A DNA stretch of 64,000 nucleotides from Pelomyxa schiedti. Its lineage: Eukaryota; Protista; Evosea. Location: positions 1 to 64,000 of the forward strand of contig JAHLWZ010000113.1 of the NCBI GenBank assembly GCA_020536535.1. The letters run 5' to 3'. The notes under the pieces are model-generated. The model ran no database searches, was not told the DNA's origin, and saw only the letters and a list, made by a program, of their open reading frames with translations. Each line of letters starts with the position of its first letter. Positions within the stretch are counted from its first letter, which is position 1. Positions 39,942 to 51,600 of this stretch are shown one piece after another. A program made the translations under genes and the position numbers.

Positions 39942-42248
39942 ATGCACGCAATTAATAGCCTTTGCCGGCGACACACAGCACCAACTGTGTTTTACATTTT
40001 GTTCCTGGTTGCAGCATTCCACGCTGAACAGATCTGGAGCACGAGTTCCATTTCCTCATCTTTTTCGTCGTCTTCGTCTTCCTCTAGCCGTGAAAGTGGC
40101 AGCACAAGCTCTTCGAGTTCGCCTTGGTCGTTCCTTGATAGTGGGAGTAGTGATTTTGCGAGCTCAAGTGCAAGTGCGATCGATCCTGAGGAAAAGGCGC
40201 TGCTCAAAGCGGAGGCTGAAGCTATCTGTGATTTGTACCAATCCATCAAGCCTAGGAGTTGGTTTGCGGACCCCTGCGTGGAATTCCCAGACACACCGCC
40301 GTGCGAGGAAGAATATCTCTTCTCCGGTCTCACCTGTGACGAATATAACCACGTCTGGAAAATGTCAGTACAACATAGCTCTGGATGTTTCAAATCTTAA
40401 TTAAGCAAAAAACTAACAATTGTGCAGCTCCCTTGCCAGCGAATCTACCCGACAGGGCACAGTTCCGGCGTCGTTGGGGAATTTATCTCACCTCTCGTAC
40501 TTGTAAGTTGTAAGGACTCTATGTCCTCATTTATATATACCTCCAAAGGCAGCTTTCTGGGGAAAGACTAAATGGTACTATTCCAGAGAGCTTAACCAAG
40601 CTCAGGAACCTTTCCACCTTGTGTGTCTGCATTTCCTAGCTAGTGGTCATAACCTTAATAGTGAACTGTCATACAATCAATTAACCGGAGAAATACCATG
40701 CTTCCAGAATCTAACTCGAGTGTCCCGCTTGTATGATTGCCCTTCCAATTGATAATGCGATTCAAAAAAAAAAAAAAAAAATCAGTCACCTGCCATCAAA
40801 TTATCTCTCTGGTACGTTGCCCCCATGCTTTTCACAGATGAGTGTTCTTGCCTCATTGTACCCTACCTCTGACTTACCTAAGTGAATCTCACTGTTTAAA
40901 GATCCCTCAGTAGGAATTATCTTAGCGGTTATTTACCAGTGATTCCCTCAAATCTCCACGTCATGTTGCCCTTCACAATTAAATTATATAAGCTGATTAG
41001 TCTCTTCAGAGACTTAGCGCACAATAATTTTACTGGACCACTTATTGAACACTTGTCCATTTCAAATTTCTCAAAGCTATTGTCATTGTACCTATTACAA
41101 GGTTAAAACGAGTTCTAACATTCACTAACAGGACCGTTACTAACAATTCATTTGGTGGAACAATTCCCAGTTCACTGACTTCGCTATCTACTTTACAAAT
41201 CTTGTACGTTACATCTCCATATACGTTCCCTTATATTCTCTTAGAGAATTGTCACGCAATCGTTTCACCGGAACTCTTCCAGCAGAGTTATTTGGAATGA
41301 AATTGCTGACTATGTGATCTCTTGTTTAAAACTGCCAATTCCTGATCCACAAAGATTTCTGGAGGATAATCTTCTCTCGGGTTCATTGCCAGTGTGCCAA
41401 TTTTCCACCAGCATAGCATACCTGTTGCTTCTTAACTTATCTTCTTTCACGTTTAATTTCAAGAAGGAAACTTTCTGGCAATCAGCTGGCTGGTTCAATT
41501 CCTGCTTCTTTTTTCAATACTACGACCATTAAGACACTGTATTTGTTCCTCTTCAAAGAGCGTCTCAACTTCTAAGGTATCTGAGCCGAAATCTCCTCAC
41601 TGGCACGCTTCCTTATTATAATTTACTCAAAGTGTCTTTGCTGTATGTGTTCCTTTCATTCTCACTCTATCCTCATTTCCTCCTTGAAGTGATTTATCCT
41701 TCAACAACCTGTCTGGAACGATCCCTGACTCTTTCTGGGAAAATGGACAAAGATTGTCTACAATGTTACTCTACCTACTGTCCTTGTATTTAAATTGTTA
41801 CATTATTTTAAGAAAGATGAGCCACAACTTTCTGTCAGGGACACTAGAAAAATTTAATCTCACTAGAACCTATGAACTGTGCGTCACAGCATTCAAATAT
41901 ATCTCAACAATAATATCTCAACTCTTCTTATCAAGGGATATGAGTTATAATTTTTTCACCGGTTCTCCACTGTCTTTGGGAAGGGTTGTCGTATGGTTTT
42001 TCATCCTCCACCCATACCTTTTCTTTAACTGTTCCTATAGTAACCTGGAGGAAAACTGCATGAACTGTACGAATATCACTACTTGTGGCTGCAACAACAC
42101 CAGGCCAAGCAATGAATGTTCACTGTCATCACCATCATCATTTTCATTACTACCCTTATCAAGTGTTTCTACCCCAACCTCTTCATCACCCACCACTGTA
42201 CTTTGGTTCATTCTGCCAATTATAACAACAGTTCTGCACATTCTCTAA
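39942..42248 (+). CDS. Secreted, probably GPI-anchored leucine-rich repeat protein (plant-specific-type LRR); 15 introns
   Basis: Signal-like N-terminus, LRR N-cap (AICDLY..W..DPC..FSGLTC), about 14 LxLxxNxLxGxIP repeats, Cys cap, S/T spacer and hydrophobic end VLWFILPIITTVLHIL*. Confidence 0.9.
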
Positions 42249-42319
42249 AACTCAACCACACCTTCTATGCACAAGCATGGCAACCAAACAATTTTGATTA
42301 GAAATACAATTTTTGGTTT

Positions 42320-45300
42320 TTAATTCACTTTTCCTGCTTCTTGCAGACGCTCTGAATCAATGTGAGGTTCTAATATGGATACTATCTCAGAGAAATTGGG
42401 TCTGTCATCTGGGTTCTGTGACCAACATTTGCACATGACCGCGCAGACTGAAGAGGGTGCTTCAGAAGGTACAGGAGGCCTGTTTCCATTACATACATGT
42501 TCAATAAGTGCTGTTTTTTTTTTGCACCATAGAGGGAAGATCGGTGTTTAGGTTTCCTGCAAAGGAATTGGGAGTATACCAAACGCTGATGTAATATCTG
42601 CATAGGGTTCCTGCTGAGTAAGTATGCACCACACCAGAATCCCAAAGGAGAAGACATCAGCTTTCCACTTCCACAGGGTTAAAAAAAGCGGATGCACAAA
42701 GGAATTCTTTTACACACGGAATAGGGTTGAGATTTTAGGACTTCAGGTGCTGTAACTACGCACAGTGGTAAAAACCAATGGAATTAACTACAAAAGTAAC
42801 GCACACGCAAGGGTGCCAATACAGGCTGTATATTTGGCCGATTCAGAAACATCAGTAGCTATTCTCGCTGTACCAAAATCACTCAGCTTGATATGCTGGC
42901 TAGCACTTGGAGATAACGAGGAGATCAGCACCTACAACCATTTGTGAGGAACCCGCTTTTGCAAGTTCGATACATTTGCAGGTTTAAGGTCTCGGTGTAT
43001 CACTCGATTTCTTGGGAAAAAAAAACTCAATCAACTTACTTGCAGAGAAGATGTACCTATGTAAAAATTGCATCCCCTGAGCTATTTCAACACAAAGGCA
43101 GAGCTTTTTCACTCAGTTCCAACTTAATGAATGGGTTATGAACCTTCATTTCTTGTGACAATGTTTGATGAGAAAGAATTCCTTCCAAGCTTCCCATCTC
43201 AACCATTTCCTGTTGAAGGACATTAAATGGAAGTCGACGTTGCGGAGATATACCATTACTATCAGACAATGATCCCTTGTCAGACAAAAACCATAAAATG
43301 TCCTAGTAGATTGTGTTACATTCCTATTGATGTGTGGAGAAGTATTACACGGTAAATGGTGAGCGCAGCATTACAGACATATCAATTTCATGCAGAAGGC
43401 TCTCTCTGGCAGTATCAGCTGCAAAAAACCAAGGAGGAAAAGTCTTTTCTTGTTTTAACATTACACAGAATAAAGCCGAATGACCTTTACTGCAACGTCA
43501 AATCCTCTCCATTTTGCTCTGAAGACGCTTCCTGTTGCGCCTTGTCCAATTTTTTCTCCTTCCAGGGATTCGGTAATTCAGAATCACGAAAATGCATTCG
43601 TACCATAGTTGATCTCGTCCGCGTCCAATTTCAACGATTGCTCGACGCTTGCCGCCACTGGAATAATTATATTGAACGGAAGATCTAAAAAGTGACCAAA
43701 TGGGATGGAAGAAATATCCACGAGCTATGGAAACCTGAACACTTCAGCACAACTTCAAATGACAAATCTGATGTGCACTTGGGACATATCGAGAAGCGGA
43801 ACGAACAAGTTTCACCCTGCGTTTCCTATTTATTCTCGATGTCCGTTGGGATGCCATTACCTTAGATAGCGAGCGTGACTCAGGATCGATTAGAAAAGTA
43901 TACTTATGGCTGTTATTTCCCTGGGGTCCGGATAATGACAGAGTTCTAGTGGAACGCAACGTATTTGTAATAGAAATCTCGTCATGAGATTCTTTCTCTA
44001 CAGAAAGAAGTTTGTCTTCAGTTCCAAAATTGATTGTTTGCTTGGAGAAAATGAGTCCATGTGCATCAGATGTCCAAGCAAATTTACTGTACAAAGAGTT
44101 ACTGTGGTTTCCTGTGTGTAAGATATCGTACCACATTTCAGAAACGGTTTCAGAGCCACCAATAAGTTGATACCCGTTTTTCTTTTTATAGTAGTATCGC
44201 ATAATTACCACTGTTCCAGCTAAGACACCAAAAAGAGCAAATAGAGTTAATATCAATGCAATCGATGGTCCGACAATATCTTGATGTGGCATTACAAATC
44301 AAACTAGTTTGTTGAAAGGACTGTGTACTTAGTTTGCAATCATTTGAAATAGGTGTTGTAGACATCCAAAAAAGATTGCACTCACACTTGGTTGTGCAGC
44401 CGGAACCACCATCACTTTCTTTTGGTGACAACTAGATTTGATAAAAGAAAACAGTACCATTGCTCATAAGGATCAACAATGGAGTTGTTGCATGCTTAGA
44501 CCAGGCTTAGAGACAAATTGGATAAGTGAGACAAACCTGGGCCACAAGAAACTTCTGGAGTAGTATATGGGTGGTATCCTGTCTCACAAAAACAATTCGT
44601 GGTGCAAAATTTCCCACTGTCACTGAAAATTGTTGGTAACGGGCGTAAAAAAGTCAATAAAGAATCTAAGATAACCATTCTTCTGGATCAACAGCGATAC
44701 CATCACCACATTCTGGCACAGCAGAAGAAGAAAGAAGGTGAAGGTTAGTGAGAGTGGAAGAGGGTGCCTATTAGTTAGTTCTTACTTGTGAAACAGTCAA
44801 TTGCATAGGGACCAGCTCCCACCTGGGGATAATAGCCAGGCAGACAGGAACAATTACCACTACACCCAAAACCACCATCACATTCTTCTGTGTCCTCGAT
44901 GTACATATTCCCACAAATCCCTGGATAAAGTCATTGTTATCTCAAAACAGCAAGATTCCAATTTGAAACCTCTTTTAGCGCATGTGGCGTTCGAAGTGCA
45001 TATCTGACTTGCGTTGCATCCTGTTATATATGGGTCACATTCCTCACTTCGGGTGCAGTTGCAATCTGGATCAAACAATCCACATGAGCAGTCACAGCCA
45101 TCACTGGCGTTGTATGACCATGCCCAGCAATTCCACCCAGGGACTGTTTGTTGTTGTGTAGCACTTAAGAGAAGTAAATATTTTGTTCAGTTCAACCCAC
45201 GCAAAGCCCGTCTTTGCATAGAAATCCCGAAGGACAATCACCCGATAAGTACTGATTATCATCACATACTGGATCAGGGATGCCACATAAACAGTCACAT

Positions 45301-46860
45301 TTATCATCAAAGTAGCTTGCATTACCACAAAGCCAGGATCTTGGGGCTAAATTGTACTGTAAAATGGAGAGAATCTTGTTGGAAGTACCTTCGCATTGAC
45401 TCTGATTATTGCATGACCAACCCAAGTCGGGACACCCATAAACAGGTTGTTCCGCCAAATTACCTTCAGGGAGGTTGAGAAGCTGAAGAGCCAGGAAAAA
45501 AGCCTTACAGTCTGGATCAATTGCACCACAACTTAATTCCCCACATTGACATCCATCTTGCGTTCCATAGTTGCAGCGGGTACATTGTCCAGGAAGCTCT
45601 AGGGAGAAATTAACCCTGTTTTCACAATTCTGAGTCAATAGTTACCTGTGCAGGTACCATTCCACAAGCAGTCATGGTCAAGTGAAGAGGGACATCCAGA
45701 TACCTTTTTTAGGTCAATATCGTTAATACAAGTAAAGAGCTACAGGCAAACGCTGGTTGTAACAATCAAGATCATATATCCCACAGCCGCAGTTGCATTC
45801 TGTTCCATTGTTCCACCAATAGTCAGGACATGTCCATGTAGGAGGAACCAAGTCCACTTAGAACCGTCAAATTCATACACTCTTAACGGTACACAGTACC
45901 ATGGGCTCCAGTAGTCCGAAGTTTCACATTTTTCATGACATAGCCGTCCCTAGAGTGACTGTAGAGAGGTTCCCATGGCGCTGATGCATTGTAACGAACA
46001 TATGAGGTTGTTATTTTGCTCATAGGAGTGACATCTACAGGGACTGCTACAAAGTTGCTTATAGTATCACAATAAAACGCAGAAAACCCAATGAATACAG
46101 TCCGAGACCAGGCAACTGAATTAAGCTGTCAAAAATTATGAGGAGTGGGCAGAAAGAGTTCTCACTAAAGTCAAATGAGCTCAGGTCAAGCAGTACCACA
46201 ACATCATCACCCCAGCCAGTCAGATTGTAATCCATGGTGGTGTATGGCTTTGAATCAGGCATACCTCCAGCATCTTGGTACAATTTAATCTGGATGGTAC
46301 TGTAGTTGTGTGCACCAGTGCCCCACCACAGCTCCACACACATCTGCAGTGAGGAAAAAAAATCATTATTGGTTGTTGTCATATAGTTATTTCTTGTATT
46401 GTTAACTCTAGAGTTCTATCAGAACTACACTTCCCTCCCCTTTTGGCAATTCTGAAATAGTATATGACAATGGAAAGGAAAAAAAAAAAAAAAAGGAGCC
46501 GGGAGAGTGTGTATGTGCCTGTGTGAATTTCCACGGCGGATCATCGATGTACTCGACCTGAACCCACTCCCCAGTAGACGGACAATAGTCGTCACCTTTA
46601 CAACAATAGTAGTCGTAGGCCGTGTACTGCGTCCTCAGGTCGCACCAGGCCCCAGGGGATGCACCAACTTGGCCGCGGCCCAGCAGATTGGCAGAGTAGG
46701 CGGCGTCTGAGGAGAACGCGGTCGTTGAGACCCGGTGGGAGTAGCCGGTAGGTGGGAAGTGATTGTGGGACAACAAAGGAGGGGGGTTGGCGGCAGCTGC
46801 CCAAGCACAAGCGAGCACGAGGGCAGACGCCACAACGAGCGCGGTTGTGCCGGTTCGCAT
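42320..46860 (-). CDS. Single-pass receptor kinase (TKL group, Entamoeba transmembrane-kinase-like) with Cys-rich ectodomain; many introns
   Basis: Signal peptide TALVVASALVLACAWA, TM segment IALILTLFALFGVLAGTVVIM, and kinase motifs GQGATG, VAVK, HRDLKPAN, DFG, APE and DVFSFG. Confidence 0.93.
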
Positions 46861-46953
46861 CCCAATCATCATCGGTCCTAGATCTGGAAATTTCCAATCT
46901 GCGAAGCCTTGATTTCCCCTCATACCGAGATTGATGTTAGTTTTCTTCATCAA

Positions 46954-48099
46954 ATGAGCTCGTGCGGTGCGCTTCGTGTTCCTGTAGGTTGGTTTTTTCC
47001 CCCATCGTCTCCCATAAGCTCAAAAAACCCAGAGGAGCAAGACGAAGAATACATTGCCTTGCGCATCATCCGCCTTTTCTCTGAAGACTCCTACACAGAG
47101 GCTCACGACATCTGCACCAAAATAGTGAGTATCTATGAGACTGAGCAACCCTTTTTGGCCCAAACCAGACTGGCCCTACTGGCGTGCCTTGTGATCAGAT
47201 TCATATTTCCAACACACCCAGAGTTGTTCCCTCACAGCGGCGTGTCTAGAGACCACGTTATGCTGCCATGGTTGTTTGACAGGCTGTTGTCCCAGGCTAC
47301 CATGTATCCCGCTGAATCACACTCATTTGTTCAAGGCGTGCTCCTAAAAGTATGCAATTATGGGGAACCTGAACTTGGATGTGGAAGTGAACAAACACAA
47401 CAGCAAGAACAACCTATACCACCACAGGGAGGAAAAAATGCAGAGTCATATCCAGATACCATGAAGTCATTTGCACACTTCCTGTATGGATTCTTGCACC
47501 AGACCGGCGTTGGTGTTGTCAAGGACTACACTGTGGCTAACGCCCACTTCGAACAGGCAACCACGCCACCCTGCAGCCGGCTTGCACAGTATTATCTGGC
47601 CCGGAACTACTTCACCGGCGACGGGTTTCCCCAGGACCCACACCAAGCCGAGAGACTTCTCCGGGAGCTCGCGGAACAAAGCGGAACAAGAAGCTGCGCC
47701 AGCAGCCCCATGGCCTGGCGGTCCCTGGGGGTCACGTACCAGACCGGGAAGCTCGGCCACAAAGACCTCCCCAGGTCGCTGCAGTGCTATCTCGCGGCCT
47801 CCCGGTACGGCTGGGCCAACGCCCAGTACGAAGTGGGGGTCGCCTACAAGCGGGGGTGGACTGGGCCGCCGGACCACAGGCAGGCCCTGGGGTGGTTCCA
47901 CCTCGCTGGGGAGCAGGGCCTGGACGTGGCTCTGTGCGGGATAGGGCAGTACCGCGAGTCGGGGAGCGGGGATGGCGCTGTGCAGAGGGACAGGCGCGAG
48001 GCCGTGAGGTGGTACAGGCTCGCCGGCAACCAGAATTATAAGCCGGCTGTGTACAGACTGGGGAGCGCACTGTCCTTTTCTGGTGCAGTATCTGACTGA
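46954..48099 (+). CDS. Sel1-like repeat protein, intronless
   Basis: Repeats AQYYLARNYFTGDG, AQYEVGVAYKRG, ALCGIGQYRESG and EAVRWYRLAGNQNY. Confidence 0.88.
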   Translation: MSSCGALRVPVGWFFPPSSPISSKNPEEQDEEYIALRIIRLFSEDSYTEAHDICTKIVSIYETEQPFLAQTRLALLACLVIRFIFPTHPELFPHSGVSRDHVMLPWLFDRLLSQATMYPAESHSFVQGVLLKVCNYGEPELGCGSEQTQQQEQPIPPQGGKNAESYPDTMKSFAHFLYGFLHQTGVGVVKDYTVANAHFEQATTPPCSRLAQYYLARNYFTGDGFPQDPHQAERLLRELAEQSGTRSCASSPMAWRSLGVTYQTGKLGHKDLPRSLQCYLAASRYGWANAQYEVGVAYKRGWTGPPDHRQALGWFHLAGEQGLDVALCGIGQYRESGSGDGAVQRDRREAVRWYRLAGNQNYKPAVYRLGSALSFSGAVSD

Positions 48100-48660
48100 A
48101 CCTTGCTTTGTTGTCTGTCTCGGGTGTTGTCTGTGGGCGGTGCTCCGACGAAAAATGAATGACGGGACTACAGAGGAGTAACTTTGGACTTGGTCACAGT
48201 TATTTCGCTGTGGAAGATTGGGCAGAAGGAAAACACCGCAGATCAAGAAACTCAACTCACCGTAGTGCCAAATACGAGTAGTCACCGTTGTACTCACTCA
48301 CTATGAGGCCCTCTCTTTGAAGGTGCCATTTTTTTTTATAAATGAAAAAGAAAAACCCTTTGTACACCTGCCACAGTCTTTGTGGGCCAATAAAAATTCG
48401 TTTTCTCTCCAGCCCGAAGATCGTCGCCATTAGGAATGGCATTAATCCCCTGCAGCAATGTTCCGTGGCATTTTCTAGTTGTCATAACCCCAATGGGGAA
48501 GTACTGCCTTTGCGTACCTACGTCGATCAATTCCGCAAAAACGGTCAAACCAACAAAAAAAAAAAAACCATCGTGCCTCGGTGAGGGAACAGTGTGGCGA
48601 AGGCTAAGATCTTGTCGACAGAGAGAAGAGAGTGTTTTTTTCCCCCGCTCTTTGGTGGTG

Positions 48661-51600
48661 ATGGAGGCGACACTGGTTACGGCATGTGCTGACGGAAAAG
48701 AGGCTCTTGTTGCGCAACTCCTTGGCGATGGTGCACCAGTGAGTTAGTTCTTTTTGTTCCTATTTCCATGACATGGTTTTTTTTTTTTTTTTTCCCCCGT
48801 TATGGTGCGACTATGTTGCAGTGTCTCCCTCCTAGTTGGGAGAGTAACATCTGTTGTAGGTGAATCGCCCACCCGGCAGTCCTTTATCACCCCTTTTTGC
48901 TGCTGCTTGTGAGGGACATGCTGAGTGTCTGAGGTTGCTCCTGGAGCACCCTTCCCTTGAACAAATTGATGATGGTGATAGTCAAGGCAGAAGCCCACTT
49001 TATGCTGCTTGTATTAATGGTCAGTTTCGAACTCGCTCTGTATTTTGTTAACTTCTGTTACAGGGAGGGCTCCTTGTGCATTACTTTTAGTCTCTGCAGG
49101 CGCCAACATCAACGCAGGTGGAGGAGGAAGTGGCGGCAGCTGCTTGCATGCCGCTGTACGGTCTGATTGTTTGCGAATTGCTAACATGCTCTTACAAGCC
49201 GTATGAAATTATTTTTAAATACCGTCTTCTTACTCTCTTTTCGACATTGTACTTTTAGGCAGGAAATTCTTTGAGCGACTTCTTGAGCATTCGTGACAAA
49301 GAAAATAAAACGGTACCTCCATACATTTTTGATAATGTGGAAGTAAATAATCAAAAGGCACTTCACTTCGCAATTGAGAATAGGTCATTTGAAACTGCAG
49401 AACTTCTTCTGCAGAAAGGTGCAGAACCCAACACTGTGGACAATCAGGTGCATGGCAAGATTAATAACAGCCCCCAGACTTATTGTTTCTTAGGGTCAAA
49501 CCCCGTTGCAGTTTGCATGCAAAAATTCTATGGATGACATGGTTGAGTTACTTTTAGAGCACCACGCTGATCCCAACATTAAAGATGCCCAAAACCGCAC
49601 GGCATTACATCTCACTGCAGCTAATGGCAGCATTGAATGCCTTGAGTTACTTTTGCGGCGTTCTTTCAATTCCTTAAGTCTGTCAACACACTTCGTTCCT
49701 CTACTTATTCTATGTAGTTGATCCTGTTGACATTCATGGTTTCACACCCGTTCTACTTGCCTGTATAAATAATAGGGCGGGTGCTCTGCGCCTACTACTT
49801 GAGGTGATTTTTTTTTTTAAACTTCTAGTTTTTTTTTAAAAGTTAAACAAGTATTTCATGAAATTAAAACCTTATTCTTCACCTTAGAGAGGTGCTAACT
49901 TAAATTCACTGGATATTAATGGACGAGGGTGTGTTCATGCCTCTGCTGCACATGGAGCAACTGGTGTACTGCAGTTTCTGCATGGTAGATACGCTAGTAC
50001 GCTTAGTTTCCCAATCCTATTCGCTTTCTTATATACCACAGTTGATCTCTCTCCACTTGACAACAACAACCAGTACATTTCTAGTCTCAAGTGCTTAGAC
50101 TGACACTTTCCTTTTTTGATTCCCTAAGGTCACCTCTTCACCTTGCCTCAGTAGCCAATCAAGCGGAGATGGTGGCATGGTTGCTTGAAAAAGGAGTCAA
50201 GCCTAATGGAAAAGATAAGCAGTATGGAAGATCCCCACTTCATTGGGCAGCCAGATTAGGGCACGTAAAAGTTGTCAGTGCCTTAGTAGCCTCTATAGTA
50301 CATTTTCCTTTGTTTTGACGATTTGCTTACATTTTGCCTTGATAGGTGGGAGTTGAAATTGATTTAGATTTACATCTACGGACTCCCGTACATCTTGCTG
50401 CTCTGGCGGGTCATACCAACTGCTTGGAGGTCTTGAGTAAATATTTTAATCTGAACTCTCAGTATCGTTCTCTACCTATCTTTTAGCATTTACTTAAGCT
50501 GAGCAAGAGACAAGAAAGGCTGTACCGCCCTTTTTCTGGCTTCTTCAAAAAGTCACCATGATTTTGTGGCAAAACTCCTACAACTTGGAGCAGATCCCTC
50601 GATTGGAACAAGCCAAGGTACCATAACTTGGGAAAGTAGGTTACATCATCCTTTTTAGGTCATTTGCCATTACACATAGCGGCTCATAAGGGAAATTATG
50701 AATGCCTCCAACTTCTGTCTTCTCATTCTTACCAACAAGAGGTTGAAATTAACAACCCTTGGAGAACACTCTAAAATACTTCAAGGTGCTAGATGACAAA
50801 TGTGGGAGAACACCCCTTCATTTTGCTGCCTGGAGTGGCTCGTTAGATTGCTTCCAAATTCTAACTGAGAAAAGTATTGTACTTGCACAAAATTGACTAC
50901 TGTTAATTTTCTTGTATTTGTACAAACAAAGATCTTGGGAATCTTGATAAGCAGGATACGCAAGGGCATACAGCCCTTCACATAAGTTCGTACACAGGAA
51001 ATAGGCAACTTTCAGAATGGCTACTTAGTTGTGGTGCTGAACCCGATTTACGAGATTCCTGGGGAGAAACAGCTTTATTTAAAGCGGCTGTGACAGGCAA
51101 TGTGGATTGCGTGCGGGTGTTCATAGAATCAAATGCCAACCCAAGATTGCGGTTTACCCCCTCCTTATCACATTGTAGTCTAATTGCGATTTAGGGATAA
51201 CAGGGGACACAATATACTTCATGCTGCTTCTTATTCAGGCGATAAGCTATGCTTTGAATATGCACGCAAATTGTTGGACCCTGCTTCTCTTGTGTATTGA
51301 CATCTACTTGATTTTCCAACTTAACCTAAAATGAAGGGAAACTGATGCGGACGGTAGGACTCCTTTCCACTATGCAGTATGCAGTTTGGACATTGACCTT
51401 ATTGAGCAATACACAGTACAATTGCCCTTCCCAGGAAAATTAATTAATTTTCACACAGCAAAAACTAAGTTCACTAAGAAGACAAGCTTTGCTCAACACA
51501 CCATGCAAAAGTAAGCAGACGGCACTCCATATTGCTGCCTTTCTAGGGAACATTGATATGTGCTGTTACTTGCTTGACCAACAAGCTGACCCTGGTGCTC

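Noticed and set aside
40364-42040. Regular periodicity resembling a CRISPR or tandem array
   Set aside because: Explained by LRR exon/intron alternation; there are no identical DNA repeats.
43100-43145. Apparent in-frame TGA in the kinase domain (possible recoding or selenocysteine)
   Set aside because: It falls inside a 40-nt GT-AAG intron; I found no evidence of an altered genetic code in the regions I checked.
48350-48520. U4 snRNA-like words on the minus strand (CGCAAAGGCAGTA, AATTTTT plus hairpin)
   Set aside because: Kink-turn and U6-pairing stem I sequences are missing.
48257-48548. Small minus-strand ORFs between the Sel1 and ANK-SH3 genes
   Set aside because: No recognisable motif and no convincing splice path.
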